Below, one piece after another: positions 60,428 to 64,000 of a stretch of DNA of 64,000 nucleotides. The stretch covers positions 1,116,001 through 1,180,000 of the forward strand of contig CATNEN010000035.1 in NCBI GenBank assembly GCA_950097015.1. The letters are read 5' to 3'. Position 1 is the first letter of the stretch; the number at the start of each line of letters is the position of its first letter. The notes beneath the pieces were generated by a model, which saw only the letters and a program-made list of their open reading frames with translations, searched no databases and was not told the origin of the DNA. This DNA is from Macrostomum hystrix. Lineage: Eukaryota; Animalia; Platyhelminthes. Made by a program: the position numbers and the translations under genes.

Positions 60428-61686
60428 TTACAGTCCGGTGTATCGGGTTCTGGGCCTGGACTCCATAACGCAGGCCACCTCGTGCTGGTAGACCAGGAAG
60501 GCCTTGGTGGCAAAGTCTAGAGGCAGCTGGTCGTACACCGAGTGTACATAGTTGACCTCACGCGCAGCTAGAGTCCGTCTAACTGTATTGCGGCAGGCGA
60601 AGCGCAGGCTTTGCGGCGTGTAAATGCCAGTCGGAGAGCGCACCGATACGCTGATATCTCTTAGATCTGCAATAGCCGCCTCGACGGTGGCCACCTGCGA
60701 TTGGTTGGCGCCTCGACCAATCAGAGTGGCCAGAATAGCCGAGTAGCTATAGACGCCGAGCAGAGCGCTAAAGAAGGCCTCCGGTCGCATCAGTGGGTCC
60801 AGCAAAAAGGGGCTCTCGGCTACGTAGCGAGTGACAATCGGCTGACGCTCAGTCTCGTCAGGGAACAGAGCTTTGGTGGGGCGCAGCGGGGGCTCCGTCC
60901 GCTCCTCTGCCCACACTGTGGTGGAATTCACCAGCTGAGCATAGCTTGCAAGGCAGCCGCATACGATGGCTACATTTGCGCTTACCACTGGCTGCATCAA
61001 GCCAATTAGGAGGTGCATTGTGAACGACACGTAGCTGTCCATCTGGCGTCTGGGTGAGAGATTTGAGATGGTTGGAATCACTGATTGGTGGAAGTTAGTG
61101 GCCACCAGGAGATGTACCAGCTGGGGAATCAGGTGTAGTGCTTCAGTACTTACGTAACTGTACTAAGGAGTCAGGTTCACAGATATACAAGTGTGATGCA
61201 AGCCAGTGATTGGCCACTGAAAACTAGTTTTGAATATAGTACTCACTCTTTTCTGAGACTGTCATTGAAAGCTGTGAGCACATTGCGCCAGCCAATCGGC
61301 GCCCGCCTAGCCAATTCCAGTAGGGCGCGTGGTGCCCTGGCGCTGACAGCGCAGTCCAAAGGCGTCTGGCCCAGGAAGTTAGTGACAGCTGAATCAGCGC
61401 CCAGCTGTACCAAGGCTCGCACGGAGCCGGCACGATCAGCTCTGGCTGCCAGATGCATAGCGGTGAGTGCCGACTGGCTAGTTAGCTCATCATTGACACC
61501 CAATTGGCCGCTAGCGATTAGCTGGCGCATTGTGTCAGTGTCCTCATCTAACACAGCTGTTTCCATGCGACGCTTCGGATTATTTTCCGAACTGCCGGAC
61601 AGAAACTGTAACATGATGCTGGCTCCACCGCCTCCACCGGATGAGGGAGCCGCCATTCTTGCAGCTGCTTTAAAAGTAGCGTTCAC
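60428..61686 (-). CDS. Ankyrin-repeat and SOCS-box protein (ASB-like)
   Basis: Exon 1, 61686 (or ATG at 61656) to 61247, has ankyrin motifs TAMHLAARADRAGSVRALVQLGAD and GQTPLDCA, with donor GA|GTGAGT. The phase-compatible acceptor is at 61050, giving exon 2 = 61049-60428 with C-terminal SOCS box PQSLRFACRNTVRRTL...QLPLDFATKAFL. The exact acceptor is less certain. Confidence 0.78.
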
Positions 61687-63503
61687 TCTCTAATTAGCTG
61701 CAATTGTGGTAGTGAACAGTGAACTGATTTGCCACGACAAGGCCAGATAAACAAAGTATTAATAAGACAATGAAATATCTTTCTCTTTTTCGGCATTTAT
61801 AGTTTAAGCGAAAATATGTAGGCAACTGGATTGCCAGTTGACTTGATTTATTGAAACGAATTTCTAGCAAGCCACTGGCACCAAAGTTGTCAGTCAAATG
61901 ATGTCGTCCACAAATTTAGGAATACAAGATGGCTTCTTCACCGTCACTAGTTAGGGACATTGCGAAGAAGTTCCGTTGTGGAGTTGTTAAACTAATGCAA
62001 AAAATGTAGGTAACTGGATTGACAGTTGATTTGATGATTATTATTAGGGCAAATCGCTGGCACCAAAGCTACCAAAAATCGCTAATTTATCCACCTGATA
62101 ACCTGTATAAAACAGTTGTGCCACCCTTAGAAAAAAAATAATTTTCAATCAAAGGCGCACTTAGGTGGAAAAGAATAGGTGAAAATAATTTGGAGACAAC
62201 AATCACACAACGTTGTTCAATATTTCTTTTGTTAAAAAGGTTCAATCGATTTATATATATATATTTCCTAACACAAATAGATGTATGAACCGGAAACTTT
62301 TCAAGCGCACACAATCGAGAGAAACACTTGTTTATATAATTTTACTAAAATTTATATTGATTGCTGCTTTAAGCCCCCAAAAAGATGGAGAGTAATCACT
62401 GGGCAAGCTAGTTGCTTCAAGAGATCGCTAGCTGGACAGACTGTAGAAAAAAGTTAGCTTTCATTAAACTAGATAATATAGAAAAGGACTAATTCCAGCG
62501 CACATTCGCACAGGACTACTAACTTATAATCAGCTACAAGTAGTAGTAGTGAGGCCAAAACTTCCACCATGGGCATTTGAGAGATTTTAATGATCAAAAG
62601 TTTGTTTCTGCACGATTGCTATTTTAATGGTGGAAATTCGTTGCTCACAGAATTTTCAGGCAGATAAGATGACACCTGAAGTCTGGATAAGCACAAGTTG
62701 CACTGGGATCGAGCTAATTAGGCACTGTAGAGCATTGCATGATTAAAATTGAGGGGGCCAGCCGGCTAGGCAGATAACAGACTTGGGAGCAGTTTTAAAC
62801 AGCCCAGATTGGAATTCTAGGTGTTACAAGTATCAGGCTCAAGTGTTAGAAGGTTTGCAGCCGATAACATCAGTTGTAAATGCGATCAGAAAAAAACGCG
62901 CGCACAAAAGATGACGGGGTAAAAAAAGAATATGAACAATAAATTCACTCATCCGATATTGGTTTTTAAACTGCTTCTAAACTGGACCTGCCGCTCGCCG
63001 CTGCCACTGATAGCATAACGCAATGCAAGACTTGCCTATTCTGTGAACCCAATGCATGATTTCAGCTTTTAGCGCCACGGATGACAAGTAACAATGGGTG
63101 TTTATAAATAGACAACTAAACGGAGCACTAGAGTTGAAAGCTGTTCTAAAACAACAGAAAGAAACCAGAGCAACAAAAAGCATATTAGCTAGCTATCGCC
63201 AAAGTGTCAAAAAGCAGAAGATCGATAGTCTGGTGAATTCAAAAGATGGCAATGTTCAACTAACAGACACAATAGGCTAATAAATAACTAGGGCTAATTA
63301 ACAAACTGACAATCAACTTTCTTCATTCTATCGGGGTCCTTAATTGACAAAGACTCAAAATGAATAGATTTTAGTCGAGATGACAATTTCGAGGCTTGTG
63401 ATTATTTAACTAAACTAGGTCTAAGAGTTTAGTTGATGAATTTGTCTAAGTTTGCATCGATGGTCGCAAAGCTTAGGATTTTGGTGGTTGAAAGCTGTTT
63501 AGT

Positions 63504-64000
63504 TTACATCATGCCGCCCATACCGCCCATGCCACCCATGCCAGCAGCGCCCACGTCCTTCTCAGCCTTGGGTATCTCCGTGACCACAGCCTCGGCGGTG
63601 GTGAGCAGGGAGGCAACACCGGCAGCGTCAACCAGGGCGGTGCGGATGACCTTCGTGGGATCAATGATGCCCTTCTCGATCATGTTCACGTACTGATTGT
63701 TGAGGGCATCGTAGCCCATGTCTCCGCCCAGCTCCGTGACCTTCTCCACAACAAGGTCGCCGTTGATGCCGGCATTGCTGGCGATGGTGTGGCAGGGGAT
63801 GCTTAGCGACCGGCGCACAATCTCAATGCCGACTACCTGATCCTGCAGAGTTTAATGGAGTACTGGCAGTGTTAAGTCAACGCGATAGTTATATATGACA
63901 AGCGATAAGCCAAAATAGTTTAGAACCCTACCGGATTGATGGGCTTCAGGGTGTCTAGAGCTGAACGGCAACGCAGCAGGGCAACTCCGCCGCCGGGCAC
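63504..64000 (-). CDS. HSPD1: Mitochondrial chaperonin HSP60 (GroEL family), last two exons, 5'-partial
   Basis: Exon 64000-63932 ([11 protein letters not shown]), 89-nt GT-AG intron, exon 63842-63504 (GIEIVRR...[32 protein letters not shown]...[12 protein letters not shown]). Confidence 0.97.

Noticed and set aside
61120-61160. 4-nt microexon plus 33-nt intron as an alternative way to join the ASB-like exons
   Set aside because: It requires implausibly short elements, and a simpler phase-compatible acceptor exists at 61050.

Overview
Eukaryotic (animal) genomic DNA, not prokaryotic. GC-rich exons with GT-AG introns are separated by about 30 different minisatellite arrays. This resembles a free-living flatworm such as Macrostomum, but the organism is an inference. 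Five protein-coding genes could be assembled by hand with phase-consistent splice junctions: (1) an LNX1/2-like Zn-finger + 4xPDZ E3 ligase (+, 4017-15253; the RING exon is not in the window); (2) a KDM3/JMJD1-like JmjC protein (-, 18479-38302, about 1420 aa) whose Fe(II)/2-oxoglutarate-binding residues are substituted, so it may be a pseudo-demethylase; (3) an unassigned Leu/Ala-rich helical-repeat protein of about 1090 aa (-, 52522-57066); (4) a small ankyrin + SOCS-box protein (-, 60428-61686); (5) the 3' end of mitochondrial HSP60 (-, 63504-64000). There is also a candidate MITE and a candidate tRNA-derived SINE. The best leads are the degenerate KDM3 active site, a 64/66-nt inverted copy of the ankyrin-SOCS gene start placed 1.2 kb beyond its own stop codon, and several pairs of mutually complementary repeat arrays that flank exons or lie in one intron. 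Most long ORFs in the supplied track are artefacts of tandem repeats. I found no clear evidence of a wholly new multi-gene system.
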